From the IMG/VR virus record IMGVR_UViG_2917762859_000001: 64,000 bases of DNA; one strand, written 5' to 3'. The notes beneath the pieces were generated by a model. It saw only the letters and a program-made list of their open reading frames with translations, did not search any database and was not told the origin of the DNA. Each line of letters starts with the position of its first letter. The stretch's first letter is position 1. Below are positions 39,261 through 49,196 of the stretch, in pieces. A program made the translations under genes and the position numbers. The DNA is from a virus. Taxonomy: Duplodnaviria > Caudoviricetes.

Positions 39261-39842
39261 TTAGTGCATAGTTGGCATAGCTAGAAATCCGTTATTAGCT
39301 TCTAACTCGCGAATATAATCATCATGAAGAATACAAAGTCCTTCACGTCCTTTTTCTGATAGGCGAGGGCCATGCTCAAGAGAGATATCTAGAAAGCCGA
39401 TATAGGCTTTTATGATGAAGTCAGGGCAATAATCTTTATAGATACCCCCTAACTCTTCGATAAAAATGCTTTCAAAATGGCTTGCAAGACAAAGGCGCAA
39501 AGAAGCTGGGTAAATGGTTAAAGCGTTTTCTCCGTTACTGTAAATAGTGGCAAGATCAACACCGCCTTCTTCATTACGAATTTCAGTGGTGCCATTTTTT
39601 TCTTGCAGTTCGCGGATGAAGCAAGTTGCTACCACCCAGCGCCATACAGAAATTCGCTGTTCAGGTGTTAATGTTTCAGGTTCATCAGCTAATTTACCCA
39701 TGACTGCGGCGGCCAAATATAAACCTTTCAATAACTCTTTATCGTATTGACCTGATTCAAGCGCCATTACAGCTTCAGAGTAAGAAATTAAAGCACCATC
39801 ATCAGAAATAATGCCATTACTAGTATCAGTAAAATAAGCCAT
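39261..39842 (-). CDS. Hypothetical phage protein
   Basis: 193-aa coupled ORF. Confidence 0.6.
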   Translation of the reverse strand: MAYFTDTSNGIISDDGALISYSEAVMALESGQYDKELLKGLYLAAAVMGKLADEPETLTPEQRISVWRWVVATCFIRELQEKNGTTEIRNEEGGVDLATIYSNGENALTIYPASLRLCLASHFESIFIEELGGIYKDYCPDFIIKAYIGFLDISLEHGPRLSEKGREGLCILHDDYIRELEANNGFLAMPTMH

Positions 39843-40540
39843 TATTTATCCTCCCACCCAATAGCTTGAAATAGTCCCATTTTAGGGTGATGCCAGCGAG
39901 TGCCACGTTTCTCGGCTTCGCTCATCATTGCCTTGAATGCAGATATAAAATCAGCCTCATGAATAATGGCCATCGGTCTAGGCATACCTTCGGGCGTAAG
40001 AATAGTTATTGTATTTTTGCGAACATTGAACTGTTTGGTGAGTGTTTTGCACTTATCCACCGTCATACCTGATTTAGTTCTAGCCAGAGAGTACCCGATC
40101 CAGCCAGTAGGGATGGTTCCTTGTTTTATTTGCTCAACGACTTCATTTACTTGTTCAACTTTTTGCTCTACATGAGATATTCGGCGTTCACTTTCTAAGT
40201 TAGCTAGTGCCATAGCAGCAATAATTTCTGCCTGTGATTTAGGTTTGACTCGTTCATCTTCAAGTTCTTTCCAGCGATCAACTAACCGAGCTGTAAATTC
40301 AGGTGATAATTGAGCAACTACAATAATGCTGTCACGCTTACCTTCTTCACCTGAAAATAAATAGTGTTTTGGTATTACTCCGTTAGCTGATTTAGCTCCA
40401 TCCTCCAATGGAGGGTGGGAAATCACACCGCTATTAGTTAGTCTTTCAATGGTTCTTTTTACATTGTCTTCACGAGCGCCGACTAAATCAGCGATTTCTT
40501 TTGAGGTCATTGATAATTCTGTATTGATTAAATATTGCAT
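39842..40540 (-). CDS. Rha-family antirepressor-like protein
   Basis: MTSKEIADL; QLSPEFTARLVDRWKELE. Confidence 0.88.
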   Translation of the reverse strand: MQYLINTELSMTSKEIADLVGAREDNVKRTIERLTNSGVISHPPLEDGAKSANGVIPKHYLFSGEEGKRDSIIVVAQLSPEFTARLVDRWKELEDERVKPKSQAEIIAAMALANLESERRISHVEQKVEQVNEVVEQIKQGTIPTGWIGYSLARTKSGMTVDKCKTLTKQFNVRKNTITILTPEGMPRPMAIIHEADFISAFKAMMSEAEKRGTRWHHPKMGLFQAIGWEDK

Positions 40541-40542
40541 AA

Positions 40543-40764
40543 TTAAATGTCCTTATTTATTTTGTTTATATGTCGCCGCATAGATCTATTTAGTGGCATT
40601 TCTACGAAATCAATATTGGATTGAAATGTTGATACGTATTTAGATATGTTTGGATGAAAGAGATTGTCTTCTTGCTTCATTCTCAACCAACAGTCAAAAT
40701 CTGTGCCTTTATGTCCTTGTTTAGTTTTACTTCCGCCTCTTCTACTTTTTATTTTCTTACTCAT
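40543..40764 (-). CDS. Hypothetical basic protein
   Basis: Coupled ORF. Confidence 0.45.
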   Translation of the reverse strand: MSKKIKSRRGGSKTKQGHKGTDFDCWLRMKQEDNLFHPNISKYVSTFQSNIDFVEMPLNRSMRRHINKINKDI

Positions 40765-40967
40765 AACATGCCACCCGGTATTTTAATTTTGGCTTTATCT
40801 AAACAGCGCTTTGATGATTGATTACTTATTTTTTGTTGATAACTCATTGCACCTTTGGCAGGTGGATCTGCAATAATGAAAGCTTGGTTGTAATGTTCTA
40901 ATGCGCGCCTATAAAATCCTTTGCTCTCTAATTGTTTGCCCTTGCTCATGAATTCAGAATACGTCAT
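40761..40967 (-). CDS. PerC-family transcriptional activator
   Basis: QLESKGFYRRA motif. Confidence 0.7.
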   Translation of the reverse strand: MTYSEFMSKGKQLESKGFYRRALEHYNQAFIIADPPAKGAMSYQQKISNQSSKRCLDKAKIKIPGGML

Positions 40968-41306
40968 GATATTTATATTCCTCTCCATTTAAGTAAGGCG
41001 GTAAATACTCAACAATATAATCAATCATGTATTTACCCATATCGGAAATTGAGCCATTTAGGTTATATAACCACTCATAAGTATTGTAGATATCTTTATC
41101 ACTCCACTTACAACGTTGACGGCAATCTTTTTCTTCATAGACATCACGGAAGAAGTTATTTAAGTTTTCAAAGTTAATTTCTGTAATAACAGTTTTATTA
41201 TTTACCTTTGATTTAAATTTAGCTTTCTTTCCATTTTTTTAATGTAAATAAGTACCGAATTGATAAAACGCTTTCTTCTTATTTCAAGTAAATTAACTTT
41301 ATCCAT
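40954..41306 (-). pseudogene. About 117-aa ORF frameshifted at an A7 run
   Basis: One extra A at 41234-41240 restores a full ORF with GGAG RBS. Confidence 0.6.
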
Positions 41307-41380
41307 GTTGCTTACTCCTAATTCAGAGCGCAGCAATCCCTAGCATGAACGCTATAATTAATTTTTATTTAGTAGATGAT

Positions 41381-41803
41381 TTATTTATTGGTCAACGCGT
41401 TATTTAATTCATAATATAATCTATCAGCTTCTTTTTCTGCATCATCATATTTAGCGACAGCTTTAGCATATTCTTTTTGTAAGCGTTCAATATTACGTTC
41501 CTGCTTTAATCGCTCTTGGAGTTCGGTTAGTTTAGCTTCCTTGCGATCCATAAAGTGTTCGGTAGGTTCGCCACGCTTGAAAGCGACTGTGCCATTTTCA
41601 AGTTCGCATTGTTCACCTTCATAGTTAGTCTCAATGCCTTCTTTATGAAATTCACGCTCGGTGAGAATATTTGCTAGCTTATTTAATGCTGAACGCTCAC
41701 TTAAGTAAGCACGGTTGGCACCTGCAATAATATAAACAGGGCGCATAGCAATAGTAATTTGATTGTCAGTTGCTTTCTCAATAGCTTCGTGTTGTTTACT
41801 CAT
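41381..41803 (-). CDS. Hypothetical coiled-coil protein
   Basis: Coupled ORF. Confidence 0.6.
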   Translation of the reverse strand: MSKQHEAIEKATDNQITIAMRPVYIIAGANRAYLSERSALNKLANILTEREFHKEGIETNYEGEQCELENGTVAFKRGEPTEHFMDRKEAKLTELQERLKQERNIERLQKEYAKAVAKYDDAEKEADRLYYELNNALTNK

Positions 41804-42099
41804 TTTCTTGTTCCTTTTATTTTTCTATTTGATATTTCATATTCAATTCCGCCAAGTCTGTCATTTAATATTGATATCAATAATGACACTTGGCTTAAAA
41901 ATAATCCCACATCACCAAGTTGATCTTTACCGTCGGGATAATTTTCATTAGCATCAGCCCAAAACATAAAATCGCCGAATACCTTCATTCCTGTAATGAG
42001 TGAATCAATAGCTAAATCTAAATTACCTCTTAAGTTACCTAGTTCACCTTCTGTTAATTTGCTTAAGTCAGGAAGAGTAATTAATTCATCAATATTCAT
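41800..42099 (-). CDS. Hypothetical protein
   Basis: Coupled ORF. Confidence 0.6.
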   Translation of the reverse strand: MNIDELITLPDLSKLTEGELGNLRGNLDLAIDSLITGMKVFGDFMFWADANENYPDGKDQLGDVGLFLSQVSLLISILNDRLGGIEYEISNRKIKGTRK

Positions 42100-42497
42100 T
42101 GCGCCTCCGTGAAACTTACTTTTTCATAAACGGTCTCTAAATTTAATTTGGCTGATTGGATTAAATTTGTAATTTGAATATCGTAATTTTTAATATGACC
42201 GCTTTCTTCAGCGACTTTTAAATTAATTGCAGTTTCTAATGTATTTAAAATGCACCCGACAGCCGTTTCAATTGTATCGTTATCACTGATTTTAATTTCA
42301 CCGATAGGCTTTGGTGATTTATCAGTGTTAATGCTTGATACACTTTCTTTAGCTCTTTCTATATTGGCTACTGCAGATTCAATCGCATTAAACATATTAT
42401 CGCTAGGTGTTACGTTATCATTGATAATGAGATTTAAAATAGAAGTTGCATAAAGTAATTCATCACAAGCGGATTGCTTTAATTCAATGTTATTCAT
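42096..42497 (-). CDS. Hypothetical protein
   Basis: Coupled ORF. Confidence 0.55.
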   Translation of the reverse strand: MNNIELKQSACDELLYATSILNLIINDNVTPSDNMFNAIESAVANIERAKESVSSINTDKSPKPIGEIKISDNDTIETAVGCILNTLETAINLKVAEESGHIKNYDIQITNLIQSAKLNLETVYEKVSFTEAQ

Positions 42498-42663
42498 AAC
42501 CTAGAGCCTCTCTAATTTCATCTTCTGCTTGAGATAATAAGCTAAGTTGGATTGCTCGCTCTTCCTCATTACGAGAGAGAAATTGTGCCGTTTCTAGAAA
42601 CGATTTGACTCTATGTAATGTATCTTCGTATTTACCTAAATCAGACTTAATTTCTTTTGCCAT
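42490..42663 (-). CDS. Hypothetical protein
   Basis: Coupled ORF. Confidence 0.5.
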   Translation of the reverse strand: MAKEIKSDLGKYEDTLHRVKSFLETAQFLSRNEEERAIQLSLLSQAEDEIREALGYE

Positions 42664-42853
42664 GATTGCTATCTCTCTGTGCATTTTCTTCGATTAACCA
42701 GACTGAAATATCACCTGATAATTCGTAAGCTAGTCCAATTAAGCTTTCTATCTCAGGCTGACCCGATATACGTTCAGCATTGAGCTGGAATAAAAGGGCG
42801 TTTAGTTGGTCGCTTTTTTTTGCAACAGCTTCTAAGTTGAGTTCGTGAGCCAT
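42647..42853 (-). CDS. Hypothetical protein
   Basis: IESLIGLAYELS...WLIEE. Confidence 0.55.
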   Translation of the reverse strand: MAHELNLEAVAKKSDQLNALLFQLNAERISGQPEIESLIGLAYELSGDISVWLIEENAQRDSNHGKRN

Positions 42854-42855
42854 AA

Positions 42856-43062
42856 TTAAGCCTCGCAAGGAAATTGAGCAGAGAAAACAACATTACCACC
42901 GAGTAATTCTTTAGCTTGTTCAGCGCTGGTGGCTATAACTTCTTTTTTCTCTGGACACTCTGTTTTAGTCCAGAAACGAAACAAGAACATAGGTAACATT
43001 ACGCCTGTATGTATGTCAGGTTTCGGTAAATCAGCTATTGCAGTAGAATGTAAAATGGTCAT
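42856..43062 (-). CDS. Icd-like host division inhibitor
   Basis: FRF...IATSAEQAKELL...VFSAQFP. Confidence 0.65.
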   Translation of the reverse strand: MTILHSTAIADLPKPDIHTGVMLPMFLFRFWTKTECPEKKEVIATSAEQAKELLGGNVVFSAQFPCEA

Positions 43063-43063
43063 C

Positions 43064-43516
43064 TTATAACTCCTCTGTTTTTGAGGTGCAAAAATCTGTC
43101 ATTTCACCTTCTCCGTAAGCCAACCACCATTTGTTTATCCCTAAAGCGTTTGATATAGCAGTGCTATATTCAATCCCATGCCTTTTCCCTGTAACTAAAG
43201 AGCTGATAAGGCTCTGTGATACCCCCATGCATTTAGCTAATTCTGTTTGGGTTATTCCTGATTCACGTAAAACCAACTTTAAACGTTCTGCAAACGTGTT
43301 TTTAGTAGATATTGTTTCTACTGCCGGAGTCTTTGGTTGTTGGTAAGATTCAGGCTTATTTTCGACAATAGAGTTAATTGTCTTACTTTTCTCTATCGCC
43401 ATTTCTATTAGCGATTGAACTTCACTTGATGAACTTGACTCAAGTGCGCAATATAACAGCGTTTGTACCTGTGAATTTGTTCGTAACAATTTTGATTCAT
43501 CAAAAATCTGGATCAT
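43064..43516 (-). CDS. XRE-family HTH regulator, first gene of pL operon
   Basis: TQTELAKCMGVSQSLISSL...WLAYGEG. Confidence 0.85.
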   Translation of the reverse strand: MIQIFDESKLLRTNSQVQTLLYCALESSSSSEVQSLIEMAIEKSKTINSIVENKPESYQQPKTPAVETISTKNTFAERLKLVLRESGITQTELAKCMGVSQSLISSLVTGKRHGIEYSTAISNALGINKWWLAYGEGEMTDFCTSKTEEL

Positions 43517-43541
43517 GGCACACCCTCAACAATTACCTTTC

Positions 43542-43600
43542 GAAACCTAGGTTACAAAAAGCTAGGTTTTGTGTCAATAGAAAGATGAAAGAAAAGTTTC
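43542..43600. promoter_or_regulatory. OL operators of prophage 2
   Basis: GAAAC-N4-GTTTC-like 14-mers, matching those at 45859-45928. Confidence 0.55.
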
Positions 43601-43664
43601 GGGTGAATAAAGGTGGGAAAGAAATGCGATAAGTTCCAGACAATAAAAAACCCACCGGAGTGGG

Positions 43665-44072
43665 TTAGTTGGAATTTGGTATCGATGCTTGCTTTTTACT
43701 TATAATTTCTATTATTTTATTTTGAACATTAGAGCTGAGGTGGATAGCAGTTTCCGCATCTCTCTTACCAGAAGCAAACTTATTATCTAGCCTATAGTCT
43801 GCTATGATCCTGTTATCTTTCAGTGTTTGCAACATAAATCCTATTGCTCTCAATGCTTTAGGATCGTATTTTTCACTACCCTTTGAGCCGTCACCAAGTA
43901 AATAATCTATTAATCCCTGATGATTATCTTTTGGTCCATGTCTAAGTGCTGGATAAACACAATGATATGCAGCATAGTAGGCTCTTGATATGGCGTTTCT
44001 ATACCCTACTTCATCGTTCCTATCTAGACAGTCTCTAGCAAAATCCAGTAACTCACTGCATGTTATTGGCAT
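43665..44072 (-). CDS. HEPN-domain protein
   Basis: AISRAYYAAYH and RIIADY motifs. Confidence 0.85.
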   Translation of the reverse strand: MPITCSELLDFARDCLDRNDEVGYRNAISRAYYAAYHCVYPALRHGPKDNHQGLIDYLLGDGSKGSEKYDPKALRAIGFMLQTLKDNRIIADYRLDNKFASGKRDAETAIHLSSNVQNKIIEIISKKQASIPNSN

Positions 44073-44845
44073 GACGAAGCCTCCGATCCTGCATCGCTAT
44101 CAGAGCCTTTAATATAAACGCTAAACTTTTTACCTAAAAATTCCTCATGATCTGCGAACTTAAAAGCTAAATCCATGTTCATATCTGCTAAAGTTGATGC
44201 CGTTGAGCAGTTTGTTGTTACCATGTATGAATTTATAGGCTCATCGAATCTATTGTCACTAATGTACTCGACACTTAGCACCTGATAGTTATTGTCATCT
44301 ATTAGATCCATGATAATCCCTGACAACATCTCAGTTTCTGGCTGAGAGAACCCAGCCATATCTCTAAATTTAGACAGGGCTGAGCTAGCTTTTTTTAACT
44401 CTTCCTGTAATTTCATGCGCTCCTCATTTAGAGATAATTTTATCCACTGTGTCATGAAAACACCCATCATTTTTAAATCAGCAAAAAACAAGCTATATTG
44501 GAATGCAAATTTAGCAAATATTTTTGATTCGTATTCCGTGGCAAGTCTCGCAGATAGCTCTCTTGCCTGCCTTGTCGATCCTAAATTGCAAATGATTGAT
44601 AGATATCCAAGAGCATAATCACCGTTAGGAACCTGTAGAGCTAATTCAAAATAATAAATTGATTTTTGGATATTTTTATTTAGTCCATAAGCAATACCAA
44701 GTGCGTAATTCTTTTCAAGCCCAGAAAAATACTTGTTAATATCATTAATGTATCTCATTAGCGACATATCATCGATTGTCTGTCCAGACTGAAGCATCGA
44801 GGCCATTTTGGAAAGTAATTCTTCAGACTTGTGTATAGGTTGCAT
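44063..44845 (-). CDS. Helical/TPR-like protein coupled to the HEPN gene
   Basis: YALGIAYG...SIYYFELAL; 10-bp overlap with the HEPN gene. Confidence 0.65.
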   Translation of the reverse strand: MQPIHKSEELLSKMASMLQSGQTIDDMSLMRYINDINKYFSGLEKNYALGIAYGLNKNIQKSIYYFELALQVPNGDYALGYLSIICNLGSTRQARELSARLATEYESKIFAKFAFQYSLFFADLKMMGVFMTQWIKLSLNEERMKLQEELKKASSALSKFRDMAGFSQPETEMLSGIIMDLIDDNNYQVLSVEYISDNRFDEPINSYMVTTNCSTASTLADMNMDLAFKFADHEEFLGKKFSVYIKGSDSDAGSEASSCQ

Positions 44846-44997
44846 ACTTTATTTATCTGCCTAGTTACGCAATTTGATAAAAATAACTGAGGCTATCGTA
44901 AAACAACATTTAGTTAACTTCAATAAAAGTTTGTGCCTCCGAGAGGAGTATCACTATCTATTATAAGAGATAAATCTCTATTTAGATGAGATTTGAA

Positions 44998-45013
44998 CTG
45001 TACATAAAAACAG
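44998..45013. promoter_or_regulatory. LexA (SOS) box
   Basis: CTGTACATAAAAACAG matches CTGT-N8-ACAG. Confidence 0.8.
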
Positions 45014-45165
45014 TGCCGCTACCCACAAAACGGCTCAAATCCACCGTTCGTTTATCTTCGGACTAGATTGGGATTGTGGCTTTCAGAAAACAACAAAGGG
45101 CACGGATGCCCTGAGTTTGAGCGATAAGAATCAAATACAGCAGTTTGTTTTGCAAGTTCAAGGTG

Positions 45166-45834
45166 TCATACGAAACGCATCATCATTTGAACCACGACGC
45201 CGATAATTTTACAATTACCATTAATCGATATCATTGGCCACGCCGGATTTAGCCCCTTAAGAAAATGACTATTCCCATCTATTACTAATTTTTTAAAAGT
45301 AGCCTCATTTGTGTCAGTTAACTTGGCAATTACTAAGCTTCCATTTATTGGTTCTCTGCCCGTATCGACAAGTACAAGTGAGCCTTCAGGAATACTAACC
45401 CCAATCGGAGCCGTCATGGAATCTCCCTCCACTCGTAGCCAGAATGCAGAACCATGCATTTTGACTTCTGACTCATACCATTCATCTATTTGATCTAGTG
45501 TGTATGGCTCACAAGCCTCGTTCCAATTTCCCGCTTGAACCATACTCAATACGGGATATTTTGGGGACGGTTTGTATAGTCTTGGGTTTGATACATTATT
45601 ATCGAATTGCTCAGTAACTTCCTGCTTTGGTTCTTTCCCATGAAGTAACCATTTAGGTGAACATTTCAGCGCTGCTGCAATCTTGAAAAGATTTGCCGAT
45701 CTTGTGTCCTGAGATTCACCGAGTTCAATTTTACTAATTGTTACTCTCGACACACCTGTTAATTTTGCAAGGTCATCTTGTGACATACCCAGCTCAGTTC
45801 GCCGCTCAAGCAATCTTTCTCCAAATGTACTCAT
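45166..45834 (-). CDS. cI: CI repressor (HTH plus S24)
   Basis: SQDDLAKLTGVSRVTISKIE; AG, GDSM and FKKL motifs. Confidence 0.95.
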   Translation of the reverse strand: MSTFGERLLERRTELGMSQDDLAKLTGVSRVTISKIELGESQDTRSANLFKIAAALKCSPKWLLHGKEPKQEVTEQFDNNVSNPRLYKPSPKYPVLSMVQAGNWNEACEPYTLDQIDEWYESEVKMHGSAFWLRVEGDSMTAPIGVSIPEGSLVLVDTGREPINGSLVIAKLTDTNEATFKKLVIDGNSHFLKGLNPAWPMISINGNCKIIGVVVQMMMRFV

Positions 45835-45858
45835 TTTTTCGCCTCAAAAAGTTATCCC

Positions 45859-45928
45859 GAAACTAATATATCAAAAAGAATTGAAACTTAACTTTCTTTT
45901 TAATATGATTTAACGAAAGAAAACTTTC
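45859..45928. promoter_or_regulatory. OR operators of prophage 2
   Basis: GAAACTAATATATC, GAAACTTAACTTTC, GAAAGAAAACTTTC. Confidence 0.6.
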
Positions 45929-45939
45929 AAGGATAAATT

Positions 45940-46158
45940 ATGAATTTATATGAAATCTTAAAAGGCATTCATAAAACGAATGCTGCGATAGGCAAAGCTT
46001 ATCCGTTAAAAGGGAAGCCTCGTAGTAGCCAAGGGGTTGGCAAATGGAAGTGGCGTGGTGTTCCTGAAGATGTGGCAATTCTCTGTCATTACGATCCTGA
46101 AATTCCATATACACACGAGCGATTAAACCATGCACCAAATCAATATGCCGATGCCTGA
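45940..46158 (+). CDS. cro: Cro-like protein
   Basis: Divergent from cI; SSQGVGKW...GVP. Confidence 0.7.
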   Translation: MNLYEILKGIHKTNAAIGKAYPLKGKPRSSQGVGKWKWRGVPEDVAILCHYDPEIPYTHERLNHAPNQYADA

Positions 46159-46399
46159 TCACTACTTTCCTGATGATGCTAAGTGGATTCAGGAACAACT
46201 CACGAAGTTAAGCCCAAGCATGAGGCAAAAGGCATTAGTTAAATATTCAGAAGTGTATCAAACGGAATGGGAACGAGAACAAGTTCCCTACCGTAAAGAC
46301 AACAAAGCTCGTCATGAGGCTAACGTGAGATTAAGAGAGTTCATAAAGCGTTATCAGAGAGCAATGCAAGGGTACACAGCAAAGCCGTTATCGATTTAG
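46130..46399 (+). CDS. Hypothetical early protein
   Basis: ARHEANVRLR; lies between cro and the helicase. Confidence 0.65.
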   Translation: MHQINMPMPDHYFPDDAKWIQEQLTKLSPSMRQKALVKYSEVYQTEWEREQVPYRKDNKARHEANVRLREFIKRYQRAMQGYTAKPLSI

Positions 46400-46431
46400 T
46401 AGTAATTAAATTTAGGAGGCATTGGAAGTTA

Positions 46432-46601
46432 AGACGTTTAGCCGTCTAGATTGTTTTCTGGGGAAGAGGGGGAAACTTTCTAGGGGGGAAAGGGGGGTGA
46501 TCTTTGAAAGGGGTGTTAGGGAAGGCACAGCCAAGGGAGTGAGCAGATCTTAAATATAGATCTCTATAGGAGCTAAAAAGCCAACAGCCGTTTAGACGTC
46601 C
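46432..46601. promoter_or_regulatory. Probable replication origin: G-run tract flanked by AGACGTCT-like tandem octamers
   Basis: Non-coding, strand-skewed G-runs directly upstream of helicase and primase. Confidence 0.55.
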
Positions 46602-46659
46602 AAAGAAATAAAAATAAATCCCTTCCTTTGGCAATGCTAATTATCAGATGAGGAAACCG

Positions 46660-48225
46660 ATGTTAACAATCACACCAAATTTTGCACAGGAACGCGGATT
46701 GACGATGTTACGTCAGGCATGGAAGCAAAATAGAACATTCATGATTTATAGCCCAACAGGAAGCGGGAAAACGGCATTAGCTGCGTTTATTACTGATGGA
46801 CATATTCAGCGTGGAATGAGAGTGATGTTTCTTGTTCCTTACACAATTTTGATTGATCAAACAGCCAGTCGTTTTATTGAGTATGGCTTGCCAGCTGAAG
46901 AGATTAGCTATGTATGGCGTGATCACCCTAATTATGATCCGACTCGTTTAATTCAAATCGCATCAGCAGATACCGTTATTCGTCGAGACTTTCCAGACAA
47001 TATCGATTTACTCATTATCGATGAGGCGCATTTACGCCGTAAGAAAATATTAGAAGTGATCAGTGAGTGTGAATTCAAGGTAATTGGTTTGTCTGGTACG
47101 CCTTTTGCCTCATTCCTTGGACATTACTACGAAACATTAATCAAACCTACCACCATGAAAGAGTTAATCAAACGTGGTGATTTAAGCTCATACGAGTTCT
47201 ATGCGCCGACTAAACCCGATTTATCAAAAGTGAAATCGTCCAGCAACGCAGAGTTCGGTAGTGATTATAAAGAAGTTGAGATAGCTGAAATTATGAGTGG
47301 TGCTGATTTGGTGGGAGATATTGTTGATAACTGGCTTGTGAATGGTCGAAACCTACCGACGATTTGCTTTTGTGTCACGGTCAGTCATGCCAATTTTGTC
47401 ACTGTCGAATTTAACCGCGCAGGTGTGAATGCAGAGGTGATCACCGCAGATACGCCACATGATGAGCGTCAGATCATTATTCATCGGTTTGAGCAAGGCG
47501 CGACTAAGATACTTGTGAGCGTGGGAACATTGATTGCCGGCTTTGATAGTGATGTTCGTTGCATTATTTATGCCCGTCCAACTAAATCAGAAATTCGTTG
47601 GTGTCAGGCGATTGGTAGAGGATTGCGTACTGCGCCAGGGAAAGAAACTTGCCTTATTTTCGATCACTCCGGTTCTGTTCACCGCTTAGGTTATCCAGAT
47701 GACATTGAATATGACGAACTGCCTACCAAAAACGACGGCATGAGTGAATCCTCATCTATCCGAGAGCAAGAAAAACAAGAGAAGAAACCCAAAGAATGTT
47801 CCTCTTGCCACTACATGAAGCCTGCAGGTGTTTATGTTTGCCCTAAATGTGGGTTTAAACCTTTAGTTGGTGAAGATATTGATGTTGATACTAGTCGAAA
47901 CATCAAAAAACTAAATAAGAAAGAACGCACTTACACCCGAGAAGACAAGCAAAGCTGGTGGTCTCAATTGAAATACTACCAGAATCAACGCGCAACACAG
48001 GGCAAGCCGATTAGCGATGGTTGGGTTTCTAATACTTTCAAAGATAAATTTGGCGTATGGCCACAAGGCTTTCATAACACACCACAAGAAATCACACCTG
48101 AAGTGAGCAACTTTATTAAATACAAACAAATCGCCTTTGCTAAGTCTCGCAAGAAGGCACAAGTCAATATTCAAAATCTACGCACTCAAATTAGCCACCA
48201 GCCACAGCAAGGAGGTTTACTGTGA
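46660..48225 (+). CDS. SF2 DEAH helicase with Zn ribbon
   Basis: PTGSGKT, DEAH, SGT and QAIGRGLR motifs; two CxxC. Confidence 0.93.
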   Translation: MLTITPNFAQERGLTMLRQAWKQNRTFMIYSPTGSGKTALAAFITDGHIQRGMRVMFLVPYTILIDQTASRFIEYGLPAEEISYVWRDHPNYDPTRLIQIASADTVIRRDFPDNIDLLIIDEAHLRRKKILEVISECEFKVIGLSGTPFASFLGHYYETLIKPTTMKELIKRGDLSSYEFYAPTKPDLSKVKSSSNAEFGSDYKEVEIAEIMSGADLVGDIVDNWLVNGRNLPTICFCVTVSHANFVTVEFNRAGVNAEVITADTPHDERQIIIHRFEQGATKILVSVGTLIAGFDSDVRCIIYARPTKSEIRWCQAIGRGLRTAPGKETCLIFDHSGSVHRLGYPDDIEYDELPTKNDGMSESSSIREQEKQEKKPKECSSCHYMKPAGVYVCPKCGFKPLVGEDIDVDTSRNIKKLNKKERTYTREDKQSWWSQLKYYQNQRATQGKPISDGWVSNTFKDKFGVWPQGFHNTPQEITPEVSNFIKYKQIAFAKSRKKAQVNIQNLRTQISHQPQQGGLL

Positions 48226-49196
48226 ATACCATTGATGCGGTAAAAGGACTATGGGCAAAAATATTTGCACATTATGGGTTACCTCCTATAACGGGCCGTA
48301 AGCACTTTAAAGGAAAGTGCCCTATCTGCGGGCAGAAAGGAAAATTCCGTATTGATGATAAAGACGGACGAGGAACTTATATTTGCACGTGCAGTTCGGG
48401 TAACGGTTTTCAATTGCTGGAAAGAACACAAGGCAAAGACTTTAAAACATTAGCAGATGAAATTGATGTATTGATTGGTAATCACCGAGAAAAAGAAATT
48501 ATTCCACCCAACAAAGTCAATAAGAATAATTTATTCCAACGTATTACGGGCTGTTATTCCAAACTACCCATACTTAAAAATACACCCGCCATGCAGTATT
48601 TGCAGAATCGAGGTGTTTTTGAGTTACCACTTGATAATGTCCGTTATTGTGATCATCAACCTGTTCGTAATAGTTCTGACAAATTTCAAGCTATCTGGTC
48701 ACTAGCTACTGATGCTAAAGGGCAACTCTGTTATTTACATAGAACGTATTTACAAGGGGATAAAAAAGCACCTCTTGATATTGTGAAGAAAATGACTGCT
48801 GTGCAGGATGACAATTATTTAGAGTATGCAGAATCTGTCGCGATAAGAATGTTTCCTGTCGATACTACACTTGGCATTGCTGAAGGTATAGAGACCGCAC
48901 TTTCTTGTAAGCAACTCTATGGTGTAAATGCTTGGTCGGTCATTAATACTAACTTCATGAAAAAATTCAAAGCACCGAAGGGTGTTACTCATCTTGTTAT
49001 CTTTACAGATATGGATTGGAATGCGGCTGGTCATGCAGCTGCTATGGAGTGCGCGCATAAAAACCTACTTTCTAATAATGATGTAGAGACAGTAAGAGTG
49101 AGATGGCCCGATAGAGGTGACTTTAACGATATGCTAACAGAAGCTTGTGAGGTAAGAGAGTTAGTATTTTCAAGACAACATAAGGAAGTGGCATAA
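48222..49196 (+). CDS. Primase (Zn-binding plus Toprim)
   Basis: CPICG...FRIDD; AEGIETALS; DMD; GDFND. Confidence 0.9.
   Translation: MNTIDAVKGLWAKIFAHYGLPPITGRKHFKGKCPICGQKGKFRIDDKDGRGTYICTCSSGNGFQLLERTQGKDFKTLADEIDVLIGNHREKEIIPPNKVNKNNLFQRITGCYSKLPILKNTPAMQYLQNRGVFELPLDNVRYCDHQPVRNSSDKFQAIWSLATDAKGQLCYLHRTYLQGDKKAPLDIVKKMTAVQDDNYLEYAESVAIRMFPVDTTLGIAEGIETALSCKQLYGVNAWSVINTNFMKKFKAPKGVTHLVIFTDMDWNAAGHAAAMECAHKNLLSNNDVETVRVRWPDRGDFNDMLTEACEVRELVFSRQHKEVA

Noticed and set aside
46446-46634. 62-aa Pro-rich minus-strand ORF
   Set aside because: A by-product of the G-run tract, antisense to the early operon
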